A DNA stretch of 58,976 bases from Patescibacteria group bacterium (lineage in GTDB: Bacteria; Patescibacteriota; Microgenomatia; UBA8517): positions 1 through 58,976 of the forward strand of contig JBBTZT010000003.1 of assembly GCA_038061225.1 (NCBI GenBank), in the 5' to 3' direction. This document shows, piece by piece, positions 26,296 to 35,620 of this stretch (positions within the stretch are counted from its first letter, which is position 1; every line of letters begins with the position of its first letter). A model generated the notes under the pieces. It was not told where the DNA came from. It searched no databases and saw only the letters and a program-made list of their open reading frames with translations. Made by a program: the position numbers and the translations under genes.

Positions 26296-28011
26296 ATGGT
26301 TACTTCAAACGAAGTCCGAGAAAAGTATTTAAAGTTTTTTGAGAAAAGAGGACACACTATTATTCCTCCTGCACCTCTTGTTTTAGAAAATGATGCAACA
26401 ACACTTTTTACATCAAGTGGAATGCAACCTTTGGCCCCATATTTAATGGGACAAAAACATGAATTGGGTACAAGACTTGTTGATTCACAACCTGCAATTA
26501 GGACGATAGATATTGACGAAGTGGGTGATAATAGACACTTAACTTATTTTGAAATGTTGGGTAATTGGAGTTTAGGAGATTATTTTAAAGATGAACAACT
26601 TCCATGGATTTGGGAATTTTTAACTGAAGAATTAAAACTTCCAAAAAATAAATTATATGTTTCTATATTCGAGGGTAATGATTTTGTACCTGAAGATGTG
26701 GAGAGTTTTAATATCTGGAAAAAATTGGGTGTACCCAAAGATCATATTTTTGAGTATGGTGTAAATAAAAATTGGTGGAGTAGAAGCGGAACGCCAGATG
26801 AAATGCCTGTTGGCGAAATTGGTGGTCCTGACTCCGAGATATTCTACGAATTTGAAAATGTAAAACACGACAAAACTTTTGGGGAAAAGTGTCACCCTAA
26901 TTGCGATTGCGGAAGGTTTTTGGAAATTGGAAACTCAGTTTTTATCCAATACAAAAAGAATGAAAAAGGTGAACTTGAGGAATTACCACAAAAAAATGTT
27001 GATTTTGGTGGAGGATTGGAAAGAATAACAGCAGCATTAAATAATGATCCTGACATATTTAAAACTGATATCTTTCTGCCGATTATAGAAAAATTAGAAA
27101 AAGTAACTGGTAAAAAATATGAACAAGAAAAGAAAAATTTTAGAATAATTGCCGACCATCTAAGGGCTTCAGAAGCTTTAATTAATGCTGGTGTTGTTCC
27201 TTCAAATAAAATGCATGGATATATTTTAAGAAGATTAATTAGAAGAATTGCAACAAAAACTAATAACTTAGAACTTATAACTAATAATAAAATAATACTT
27301 GATGAAGTTTCTAAGTTTAAATTAAGTTTAGAGAATGGCATTAAAGAGATTAAAAAAATACTCGAGCGTTCCGAGGACAAAATTACAGGCAAAATTGCCT
27401 TTGATTTATATCAATCATATGGTTTTCCACTAGAGCTTACTGTTGAGTTGTTTAAAGACAAAGGTCAAAAGGTAAACCTTGATGATTTTAAGAAAGAATT
27501 TGAAAAACATAAAGAGGTTTCAAGGTCTACTTCCAAAGGTATGTTTAGGGGAGGTTTAGAAGACCATGGTGAGGAAACTACAAAACTTCATACCGCCACA
27601 CATTTATTACATACTGCATTACGAAAAGTTTTAGGAGATACTGTTAGCCAAAAAGGAAGCCATATAACTGCAGACAGACTTCGATTTGATTTTTCATATC
27701 CTGAAAAACTGACAGAAGATCAAATAACAAAAGTTTTTGATTTGATTAGTAAGAAGATTGACGAAGATTTACCAGTTACTTTTATAGAAACAACACCTGA
27801 AGAAGCAATTAAAATGGGCGCGCTCCATTTCTTTGCAGAGAAGTATGGAGAGAAGGTAAAAATGTATTCTATTGGTGATTTTAGCCGTGAGATTTGTGGT
27901 GGACCACACGTCACTAGCACAAAACTTGTTGGAGATGTTAGAATGATTAAGCAAGAGAAAATTGGTAGTGGAATAATAAGAATATATGTTGGACTTTCTG
28001 TCAAAACCTAA
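26296..28011 (+). CDS. alaS: Alanyl-tRNA synthetase, compact form (no C-Ala domain)
   Basis: LFTSSGMQP, RHLTYFEMLGNWSLGDYFK, DFGGGLER, editing motifs HTATHLLH and CGGPH. Confidence 0.97.
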   Translation: MVTSNEVREKYLKFFEKRGHTIIPPAPLVLENDATTLFTSSGMQPLAPYLMGQKHELGTRLVDSQPAIRTIDIDEVGDNRHLTYFEMLGNWSLGDYFKDEQLPWIWEFLTEELKLPKNKLYVSIFEGNDFVPEDVESFNIWKKLGVPKDHIFEYGVNKNWWSRSGTPDEMPVGEIGGPDSEIFYEFENVKHDKTFGEKCHPNCDCGRFLEIGNSVFIQYKKNEKGELEELPQKNVDFGGGLERITAALNNDPDIFKTDIFLPIIEKLEKVTGKKYEQEKKNFRIIADHLRASEALINAGVVPSNKMHGYILRRLIRRIATKTNNLELITNNKIILDEVSKFKLSLENGIKEIKKILERSEDKITGKIAFDLYQSYGFPLELTVELFKDKGQKVNLDDFKKEFEKHKEVSRSTSKGMFRGGLEDHGEETTKLHTATHLLHTALRKVLGDTVSQKGSHITADRLRFDFSYPEKLTEDQITKVFDLISKKIDEDLPVTFIETTPEEAIKMGALHFFAEKYGEKVKMYSIGDFSREICGGPHVTSTKLVGDVRMIKQEKIGSGIIRIYVGLSVKT

Positions 28012-29986
28012 AGTAGAAAAGGAGAATTTTTGGGCTTTATTAATTGAGCCTGAATGGATAAGTTCTGCAATCTGGCAAATTACAGATGGTAAGGTTGAGA
28101 TTGTAAGCACTTCACCGGCAACCAGATGGGAAGATGATTTAACTGAGGCGGTTGATATTTCTCTTTCAGCTTGCACACAAAATTTTCCTGATGATGCGCC
28201 AGATCCTACAAAAACTGTGTTTGGGGTACCCAATACATGGATTGAGGGCGGAAATATCAAAGAAGAGTATTTAACTAAATTAAAAAAGATTTGCCAAGAT
28301 TTATCGCTTGTTCCATCTGGTTTTGTGGTTTTATCAGAAGCTATTTCTCATTATATTAAACAAGATGAGGGAACGACATTATCAGGAATAGTCGTTGGAA
28401 TTAGTAATGAAACTTTAGATATATCAATCTTTAATACAGGAAAATTAGTTGCTACAACCAGTGTTCTCCGTAGCGTCTCTATTGAAGATGACATAATGGA
28501 AGGATTAAGTCGTTTAAATGAAGGTTTGGAAAATTTTCCATCAAGAATAATTTTGTTTAACCAGAAAGAACAAGAATTAGATGAAATTAAAAATAATTTA
28601 AATGATACAGATTGGAATAAAATAGGCAATTCTAAATTTGTCCATACACCTAGAATTGAAATATTTGATCCTAGTAAAAAAATACTAGCAGTAGCTTTAG
28701 CCGGAGGTTCCGAAATTGGGGATGTCAGCGGAGTAGTAGAAACCAAAATAGAAGAATTACCTATAGAAGAAATATCAAATATTGAAGAACCAAAGAATGT
28801 AACAGCCCAGGATTTGGGATTTGTTGTAAGCAATAAACCATCACTCCCAAAACTACCTAAACTACCTAAATTACCTAAGTTTAATTTTTCACTTGGCGCT
28901 AAACCATTAATATTAGGAAGTAGCTTAATATTAGTAACTTTGGTTATAAGTTTTATTCTTTGGTGGTTTTTACCAAAAGCTACTGTCACAATTTATATTT
29001 TGCCCAAAAAACTTGAGGAAAACATCTCTCTTAATTTAGATAAAGATATAAAAGGAGAAAATATTGACGTTAGTGTTAATAGTGAAAAAACAAAAACAAC
29101 AACAGGTACAAAAATGGTAGGCGAAAAAGCAAAAGGATCAGTTGAAATTAGAAATAATACTTCCGAACTAATTAAATTACCAGTAGGTACAATTCTAACG
29201 TCAAGTACGGATTTAAAATTTGTAACTGTCAAATCAGCGTCTATATCGGGATCTCTTTTAGCTGGAACATATGGTAAAGAGTCTGTTGAAGTTGAAGCTG
29301 GATCCATAGGATCAGAGTACAATTTACCAAAAGACGAAGTCTTTAAAATTAGTAATTATCCAAAGGGTGAAATTGCAGCTTTTGCATCAAATGTATTTGC
29401 AGGTGGAACTAGCAGGCAAATATCTGCAGTCAGTCAAGAAGACAGAGAATCATTACTAGATGATTTGACAAAAGAATTAATGGATAATGCAAAGTTAAAA
29501 TTAAATGAGATGATATCATTTGAAGATTATTTAGTTGAATCGTCACTAACAACTGACACAATAAATGAAGATTTTAGCAATAAGGTAGGAGATGAAGCAA
29601 CTTCAATCAAATTATCGTTAACACTTAATGTTTCTGGATTAAAAATACTAAAAAGTGACTTAGCCAAGATCTCAAAAGAAAAATTAAATGATAAAGTACC
29701 ATCTGGGTTTGTATTAAAAGATGACCAACTTGCCTATGAATTTATTGCTAATGATAATAATGGTTTTGATGTTAGATTAATTGCTAACTTACTTCCAAAT
29801 ATTGATCCAAATGAAGTTGCTAAAAAAATTGCAGGTAAGTATCCTACATTGGCTGAGGATTATCTATCTAATATGGCTGGATTTGCAAGGGCTGAATTTA
29901 GATTGAAACCATATCTTCCAGGTAAACTTGGCACATTACCTCATGTCCCAAAAAATATAACAGTTGAATTTTCTGCAGAAAAATGA
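27986..29986 (+). CDS. Conserved CPR membrane protein: FtsA/PilM-like N-domain, TM, baseplate-J-like extracellular region
   Basis: N-terminal actin-fold-like pattern (KTVFGVPNTW, GFVVLSEAISHY). After the TM: KAKGSVEI.N...LPVGT...F.T, VEA..IGSEYN, FAGG.SR..V.QED, typical of baseplate-J-like CPR proteins. Recognition only. Confidence 0.55.
   Translation: MLDFLSKPKVEKENFWALLIEPEWISSAIWQITDGKVEIVSTSPATRWEDDLTEAVDISLSACTQNFPDDAPDPTKTVFGVPNTWIEGGNIKEEYLTKLKKICQDLSLVPSGFVVLSEAISHYIKQDEGTTLSGIVVGISNETLDISIFNTGKLVATTSVLRSVSIEDDIMEGLSRLNEGLENFPSRIILFNQKEQELDEIKNNLNDTDWNKIGNSKFVHTPRIEIFDPSKKILAVALAGGSEIGDVSGVVETKIEELPIEEISNIEEPKNVTAQDLGFVVSNKPSLPKLPKLPKLPKFNFSLGAKPLILGSSLILVTLVISFILWWFLPKATVTIYILPKKLEENISLNLDKDIKGENIDVSVNSEKTKTTTGTKMVGEKAKGSVEIRNNTSELIKLPVGTILTSSTDLKFVTVKSASISGSLLAGTYGKESVEVEAGSIGSEYNLPKDEVFKISNYPKGEIAAFASNVFAGGTSRQISAVSQEDRESLLDDLTKELMDNAKLKLNEMISFEDYLVESSLTTDTINEDFSNKVGDEATSIKLSLTLNVSGLKILKSDLAKISKEKLNDKVPSGFVLKDDQLAYEFIANDNNGFDVRLIANLLPNIDPNEVAKKIAGKYPTLAEDYLSNMAGFARAEFRLKPYLPGKLGTLPHVPKNITVEFSAEK
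28844..28879 (+). repeat. 9-bp tandem repeat x4 encoding (LPK)4
   Basis: ctcccaaaa ctacctaaa ctacctaaa ttacctaag, immediately before the TM helix. Confidence 0.85.
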
Positions 29987-30645
29987 ACAAAAGAAAAATA
30001 ATTAAATTAATGGCAATTGTGTCTGGTATTTCAGGATTTACAATTCTCCTTTCGTCTGTTTGGCCAATTATTGAATATCAATTGACAGATGCTAGGGCAT
30101 ATACAACACTTCTTTCCCCTTTGGCTTTGGAAAAAGATGAAATAAGGAAAGACAAAAATGCAGATTTGACAAAAGCCTCTAATTGGTTTCCAACAAGTCC
30201 TCAAAACAAAAAGTTTAATGATTCTAAGGTTTCTTTCTATACAATTTCAATTCCAAAATTAAGAATTGAAAATGCAGTTGTAGCCATCGGTGGAGAGGAT
30301 CTTTCAAAAAGTTTGGTTCAGTATCCAGGAACTGCCCTTCCTGGAAATAATGGAAACGCTGTTATTTTTGGTCATTCCGCCCTTCCTATTTTTTATAATC
30401 CTAAAAATTACATGGCTATATTTTCAACGCTACCAACATTAAAAGAAGGTGATGATATTTTTATAAATTATGATAGTGTTTCGTATGAATTTAAAGTTGA
30501 AGAACTGTTTGAAATTTATCCTACAGATATACAAATTTTGGAGCAAAATTCAACTGATTCGTTTTTGACCTTGGTCACTTGTGTACCACCCGGGGATCCT
30601 AGGAATCCAAAAAGATTAATAGTTAGAGCACGTGTGGTAACATAA
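29983..30645 (+). CDS. Sortase
   Basis: N-terminal TM; catalytic His (GHS), TLVTC and Arg (RLIVRA). Confidence 0.93.
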   Translation: MNKRKIIKLMAIVSGISGFTILLSSVWPIIEYQLTDARAYTTLLSPLALEKDEIRKDKNADLTKASNWFPTSPQNKKFNDSKVSFYTISIPKLRIENAVVAIGGEDLSKSLVQYPGTALPGNNGNAVIFGHSALPIFYNPKNYMAIFSTLPTLKEGDDIFINYDSVSYEFKVEELFEIYPTDIQILEQNSTDSFLTLVTCVPPGDPRNPKRLIVRARVVT

Positions 30646-30649
30646 CCAA

Positions 30650-31060
30650 ATGAATATATTAGGTATAGATTACGGAAGAAAAAAAATAGGACTTGCCATA
30701 TCGAATGGAAAATTAGCAGAGCCAATGAAAGTGATTAGATATACAGATATAAAGAAATTAAGTGAACAAATAAGACAAATAATAAAACAAGAAAAAATTG
30801 AAAAAGTTATAGTCGGAGTTTCTGAAGGGGAAATGGCAATTGAATCAAAAAAATTTGCAACACTAATCACCAGTTACCAACCACAAAGTGGCAAGCTTCG
30901 CTTATCACCAGTCACTGTTGAGTTTTCTGATGAAACTTTAAGTTCTTATGACGCAGTTGATATGTCAATTCAAGCAGGAATGAGTAGAAAAAAAAGAAAA
31001 GAGATGGAAGATGCATTTGCAGCATCCATTATGCTACAATCATATATAGATCATGTTTAA
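30650..31060 (+). CDS. yqgF: YqgF/RuvX pre-16S rRNA nuclease
   Basis: ILGIDYGRKKIGLAIS, IVGV, DETLSS, DAFAASIMLQSY. Confidence 0.93.
   Translation: MNILGIDYGRKKIGLAISNGKLAEPMKVIRYTDIKKLSEQIRQIIKQEKIEKVIVGVSEGEMAIESKKFATLITSYQPQSGKLRLSPVTVEFSDETLSSYDAVDMSIQAGMSRKKRKEMEDAFAASIMLQSYIDHV
30881..30905 (-). repeat. Mini-hairpin element ATAAGCGAAGCTTG-CCAC-TTT-GTGG, in frame inside yqgF
   Basis: Reverse complement of ccacaaagtggcaagcttcgcttat; encodes PQSGKLRLS. Confidence 0.8.
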
Positions 31061-31250
31061 AAATGTAATAGCACCAATTCAAGCTTGGCTTATGTCACAG
31101 GGTAAATGTGTTGGTTGTGGCACACCTCTAGACACGGCTAAAAAGAAAGAACATAAGTATGGAGAAATGGTAACTTGTAAATGTGGCAGAATTTATATCA
31201 GAAATTCAAAAACAAAAAGCTACAGAAGAGCACTTCTAAATGAAATCTAA
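31053..31250 (+). CDS. Small Zn-ribbon protein
   Basis: CVGC...CKCGRIY; overlaps both neighbours. Confidence 0.75.
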   Translation: MFKNVIAPIQAWLMSQGKCVGCGTPLDTAKKKEHKYGEMVTCKCGRIYIRNSKTKSYRRALLNEI

Positions 31251-32157
31251 ATTATTATTATTTTTAACTGTAACTATTCTTTTTTTTGTAATTTGTGGTT
31301 TTTATGTTAAAAATATGTTTTTGCCAGTATCAACTGATGCAAAATCTGTTGATTTTTTAATTCCTAAAGGTTCGTCTGTCTCTATTATTGCAAACAATTT
31401 AAAAAAAGCAGGACTTATTAAAAATGCAATCGTTTTTAAGATCTACATTCAAATTACAAGTTCACAAAACAAAATACAAGCAGGTGAGTTTCAGCTCGCC
31501 CCGAGCTTCACACTTTCTCAAATTGTTGACAAACTTAAAAAAGGTCCATCTGAAATTTGGGTAACTATTCCAGAAGGGCTTAGACGTGAGGAAATAGCTT
31601 TAAAATTTAAGACCACTCTAAACAAAAGTGATGAGTTTGTAGTCGAATTTATGAACTTAACCGTAAACAAAGAAGGCTATCTTTTCCCAGATACCTATCT
31701 TTTTCCTAAAGCAGCAACAGCAAGTCAAATAGTAAATAAACTTACAAATACATTTGATTCAAAAGTAGAAACAGTTACATACAAACAAGTTATTATGGCC
31801 TCAATGTTGGAACGAGAAACAATAAGTGACGATGAAAAACCAATAGTCGCAGGAATTTTATATAAAAGAATTAAAAATGACTGGCCACTACAAGTAGATG
31901 CAACAATACAATATGCAAAAGGAAATTGGGAACCAATTTATTCCATTGATAAAAATATTGTTTCTCCATTTAATACATATAAAAATTTAGGAATGCCACC
32001 AAGTCCTATTGCAAATGCAGGACTTTCTTCAATTGAAGCAGCAATTAATCCAGAAGAATCTGATTACTGGTATTATATTCATGATGACGATGGCAAAATT
32101 CACTTTGCAAGAACTTTGGAAGAACACAACGCAAACATTGCTAAATATTTAAGGTAA
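31240..32157 (+). CDS. mltG: Endolytic transglycosylase MltG
   Basis: TIPEG, EGYLFPDTY, ASMLERE, LQVDAT, SPFNTY..GMPPSPIAN. Confidence 0.95.
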   Translation: MKSKLLLFLTVTILFFVICGFYVKNMFLPVSTDAKSVDFLIPKGSSVSIIANNLKKAGLIKNAIVFKIYIQITSSQNKIQAGEFQLAPSFTLSQIVDKLKKGPSEIWVTIPEGLRREEIALKFKTTLNKSDEFVVEFMNLTVNKEGYLFPDTYLFPKAATASQIVNKLTNTFDSKVETVTYKQVIMASMLERETISDDEKPIVAGILYKRIKNDWPLQVDATIQYAKGNWEPIYSIDKNIVSPFNTYKNLGMPPSPIANAGLSSIEAAINPEESDYWYYIHDDDGKIHFARTLEEHNANIAKYLR

Positions 32158-32166
32158 TTTTAGTTG

Positions 32167-32194
32167 TTGACATTGGCTGATATTCTAATATAAT
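32167..32194 (+). promoter_or_regulatory. rpoB sigma70 promoter
   Basis: TTGACA(32167)-16-TATAAT(32189). Confidence 0.75.
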
Positions 32195-32242
32195 CGCTTC
32201 TAGGTCTACTTATGTAGGCTTCTTTCATATTACCTAATCTTA

Positions 32243-35200
32243 ATGAAATCAAATAAACCTTTGCGCCGAAATTTTGGAAAAAAAGAAACAAATCTTCCCA
32301 AGCTTGATTTAACTTTAGTTCAGAGAGAATCTTGGCAATGGTTTTTAATAAAAGGAATAGCTGAAGAATTAAAAGCAATTTCCCCAATTGATGATTTTAC
32401 AGGTAAAAATTGGCAACTAACGCTAGGTGATCATTCTCTTGGAAAACCAACTATTACAGCTTCACATGCACAACAAAAAGGTTTAACTTATTCATCTCCA
32501 CTTAAAATTACTGCAACATTAATCAACAAAAGAACAGGTAAAGAAGTAAGTCAAGAAGTTTTTTTGGGTGATCTACCTCAAATGACAACTCGTGGGACAT
32601 TTATAGTTAATGGAATTGAAAGAGCAGTTATTAATCAAATTGTAAGATCCCCAGGAATATATTTCTCAGGAGAACTAGATGTTTCGTCTGGAAGAACTTT
32701 ATATAAAGCAGAAGTTAGGCCACTTCATGGTTCATGGTTAGAATTTGAGGCTACAAGAGGGGACTTAATTCATGCCAGAATTGATAGAAGAAAAAAGGTT
32801 TTAGCAACAGTTTTTCTTAAAGCACTTGGTATGGAAAGTGAAAAAGAGATACTTAATTTCTTTAAAGATACAGATATTGATAAAGATCATAAATATATTG
32901 AAAGCACATTAGCAAAAGATACAACAAAGAGTAGAGAGGAAGCACTTCTTGAAATTTATAGAAAATTAAGACCAGGAGAACCAGTTTTAATTGAGAACGC
33001 TACAAATTTATTCGAGAGTATGTTTTTGGATAAAAGAAGATATGATTTAGGTGAGGTTGGAAGATATAAAATAAACAAAAGATTTAGTAATAATAATTCT
33101 GACAAGGCATCAAATGTATTAACTTTAAAAGACATTTCTTCTTCACTAACTTATCTTTTAGGTTTACAAAATGGAGTTGGAAGAGTTGATGATATAGATC
33201 ATCTTTCAAACAGAAGACTTAGAAGAGTTGGTGAGTTGGTTGGTGTTAACGCCTTTAGAATTGGATTACTTCGACTTGAAAGATCTGTTAAAGAAAAGAT
33301 GAGTTTGATTTCAGCCGATGACAAGCCACTTCCATCAAATTTAATTAATGCAAGACCTTTAATATCTTCATTAAATGAATTTTTTAGAAGCAATCAATTA
33401 TCTACTATTTTAGATGATACAAATCCTCTTTCAGAAATTGATAATTTAAGAAGAGTTTCGGTTTTAGGTGCTGGTGGAATAAATAAAGAAAGAGCCTCAT
33501 TTTCTATAAGAGATGTTAATTCTTCACAATATGGAAGACTTGATCCCGTAAGAAGCCCTGAAGGTCCAAATATTGGACTTGTTACTTATCTCTCACTTTA
33601 TGCGAAAGTGAATGAATTTGGATTTTTAGAATCTCCTTACAAAAAAGTGATTAAAGAGGGTAAAAAGATGAAGGTCACTGATGGAATTGTTTATTTGACT
33701 GCAGATGATGAAGAAGTTTCAAACATTACCCATTCAGGGATTAATATTAATGAAAATGGTTACATAAAAGATGTAAGAGTACCACTAAGGCATTTAGGTG
33801 GTTTTACAGAGGGACCAGTATCTTTGGTTGAATATATTGACATAAGTCCAAGACAATTAGTTGGTACTTCAGCATCCCTTATTCCATTTTTAGCTCATGA
33901 TGAAGGAAATAGGGCTTTAATGGGATCAAATATGCAATGCCAAGCTGTTCCTTTGGTTGCTCCAGAATCTCCAATTGTAGGAACAGGAATGGAAGCCGAA
34001 GTATCAAAAGCTATGATTAGAAATGTTATTGCAAGACATAATGGAGAAGTTTTTCATGCAGATAATGAAAAAATAATAATTAAACTTGATAAAAAAGTAT
34101 CACCAACAGGTGCAGAGATTGACGATTCAACAGAGGACATCGAAATAACAGATGGTGGTAAAAAGGAAGTATATTCTTTAATGAAGTTCAAAAAAACAGC
34201 TCATTCAACTTGTTATAACCAAAGAATCTTGGTTAATCCGGGTCAAAAAATAAAACAAGGAGATTTATTGGTTGATGGACCAGCAAGTCAAAATGGAGAA
34301 CTTGCTTTGGGACGTAATTTGATGGTTGCATACACTTCATTTGGTGGTTATGGTTTTGAAGATGCTATTTTAATATCAGATAGATTAGTTAAAGATGATT
34401 CATTAACATCAATTCACATTGAAGAATACGATGCTGAAGTAGTTGATACTAAACTAGGTGCAGAAGAAAGAACAAAAGATATACCTAATGTTTCAGAAAA
34501 TGAACTTGCAAACTTAGCGGAAGATGGAATAGTAGTTATTGGTGCTGAGGTCGGCCCAAATGATATATTAGTTGGTAAAATTGCTCCCAAAGGTGAAACT
34601 GAATTAACATCAGAAGAAAGACTTCTTCGCGCTATTTTTGGAGAAAAGGCAAGAGAAGTTAGGGATACTTCTCTTCGAGTTCCTCATGGAGAAAAGGGAA
34701 TTGTAGTAGGAGTTAGCATTTTAGATCGTAACAAAGGTGATGATTTAGGTCCTGGAGTAATTGAAAAAATCACAGTTAAGGTTGCCCAAATTAGAAAAAT
34801 TACAGTAGGAGATAAAATTGCAGGTAGACATGGAAACAAAGGGGTAATTGCAAAAATTATGGCAGTTTCTGACATGCCATATCTTGCAGATGGTACACCT
34901 GTTGATATTATTATTTCACCACTTTCTGTTCTTTCTCGTATGAATTTAGGGCAATTATTAGAAGCTCATTTCGGATTAGCTCTTCATAAAAATAATGAAA
35001 AAGGTGCATTTCCTGTATTTGATCATGTAACAGAGAAAGACTTAATTAATGAACTAAAAAGTGCAAACTTACCCGTAACCGGAAAAGCAAGACTTATTGA
35101 TGGTAGAACTGGAGAATCCTTTAAAGAAGATGCAGTTGTAGGAATTGGATATATTCTTAAATTAACTCACATGGTTGAGGACAAGACTCACGCAAGATCT

Positions 35201-35620
35201 ACTGGACCATACTCATTAGTTACACAACAACCATTAGGTGGTAAAGCTCAAATGGGTGGACAACGTTTGGGAGAAATGGAAGTCTGGGCACTTGAGGCTC
35301 ATAGAGCACAACATGTTTTGCAAGAAATGCTTACAATTAAATCAGATGATATTGTGGGTCGTGCTAAAGCTTTTGAAGCAATAGTTAAAGGAACTGATAT
35401 TCCAGAGTCAACAATTCCAGAGAGTTTTAAGGTCTTAGTCAGAGAATTAAATGCATTAGGTTTAAGTATTATACCAAAAGGAGTTATATTGGCTAGCCAT
35501 ACTTCTGAGGAAGACACCAAAGAGGGAGAGAAATTAGCCAGAGTTTTAGGTGCTGAGATGGTTGCAACAGAAGAATTATTGGATCCTAAAGGAAAGATGG
35601 AGGTAGAAAATGTTAACTAA
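32243..35620 (+). CDS. rpoB: RNA polymerase beta subunit
   Basis: GDKIAGRHGNKG, GGQRLGEMEVWALEA. Confidence 0.99.
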   Translation: MKSNKPLRRNFGKKETNLPKLDLTLVQRESWQWFLIKGIAEELKAISPIDDFTGKNWQLTLGDHSLGKPTITASHAQQKGLTYSSPLKITATLINKRTGKEVSQEVFLGDLPQMTTRGTFIVNGIERAVINQIVRSPGIYFSGELDVSSGRTLYKAEVRPLHGSWLEFEATRGDLIHARIDRRKKVLATVFLKALGMESEKEILNFFKDTDIDKDHKYIESTLAKDTTKSREEALLEIYRKLRPGEPVLIENATNLFESMFLDKRRYDLGEVGRYKINKRFSNNNSDKASNVLTLKDISSSLTYLLGLQNGVGRVDDIDHLSNRRLRRVGELVGVNAFRIGLLRLERSVKEKMSLISADDKPLPSNLINARPLISSLNEFFRSNQLSTILDDTNPLSEIDNLRRVSVLGAGGINKERASFSIRDVNSSQYGRLDPVRSPEGPNIGLVTYLSLYAKVNEFGFLESPYKKVIKEGKKMKVTDGIVYLTADDEEVSNITHSGININENGYIKDVRVPLRHLGGFTEGPVSLVEYIDISPRQLVGTSASLIPFLAHDEGNRALMGSNMQCQAVPLVAPESPIVGTGMEAEVSKAMIRNVIARHNGEVFHADNEKIIIKLDKKVSPTGAEIDDSTEDIEITDGGKKEVYSLMKFKKTAHSTCYNQRILVNPGQKIKQGDLLVDGPASQNGELALGRNLMVAYTSFGGYGFEDAILISDRLVKDDSLTSIHIEEYDAEVVDTKLGAEERTKDIPNVSENELANLAEDGIVVIGAEVGPNDILVGKIAPKGETELTSEERLLRAIFGEKAREVRDTSLRVPHGEKGIVVGVSILDRNKGDDLGPGVIEKITVKVAQIRKITVGDKIAGRHGNKGVIAKIMAVSDMPYLADGTPVDIIISPLSVLSRMNLGQLLEAHFGLALHKNNEKGAFPVFDHVTEKDLINELKSANLPVTGKARLIDGRTGESFKEDAVVGIGYILKLTHMVEDKTHARSTGPYSLVTQQPLGGKAQMGGQRLGEMEVWALEAHRAQHVLQEMLTIKSDDIVGRAKAFEAIVKGTDIPESTIPESFKVLVRELNALGLSIIPKGVILASHTSEEDTKEGEKLARVLGAEMVATEELLDPKGKMEVENVN

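Noticed and set aside
27986-29986. Prophage or contractile injection system
   Set aside because: There are no sheath, tube, terminase, capsid or integrase genes nearby. The baseplate-like region is fused to a TM and embedded among housekeeping genes.
32195-32240. Riboswitch or attenuator in the rpoB leader (GTCTAC-TTAT-GTAGGC hairpin, TAGGT/ACCTA pairing)
   Set aside because: The stems are short and no known aptamer is recognisable, so this cannot be distinguished from chance without covariation data.
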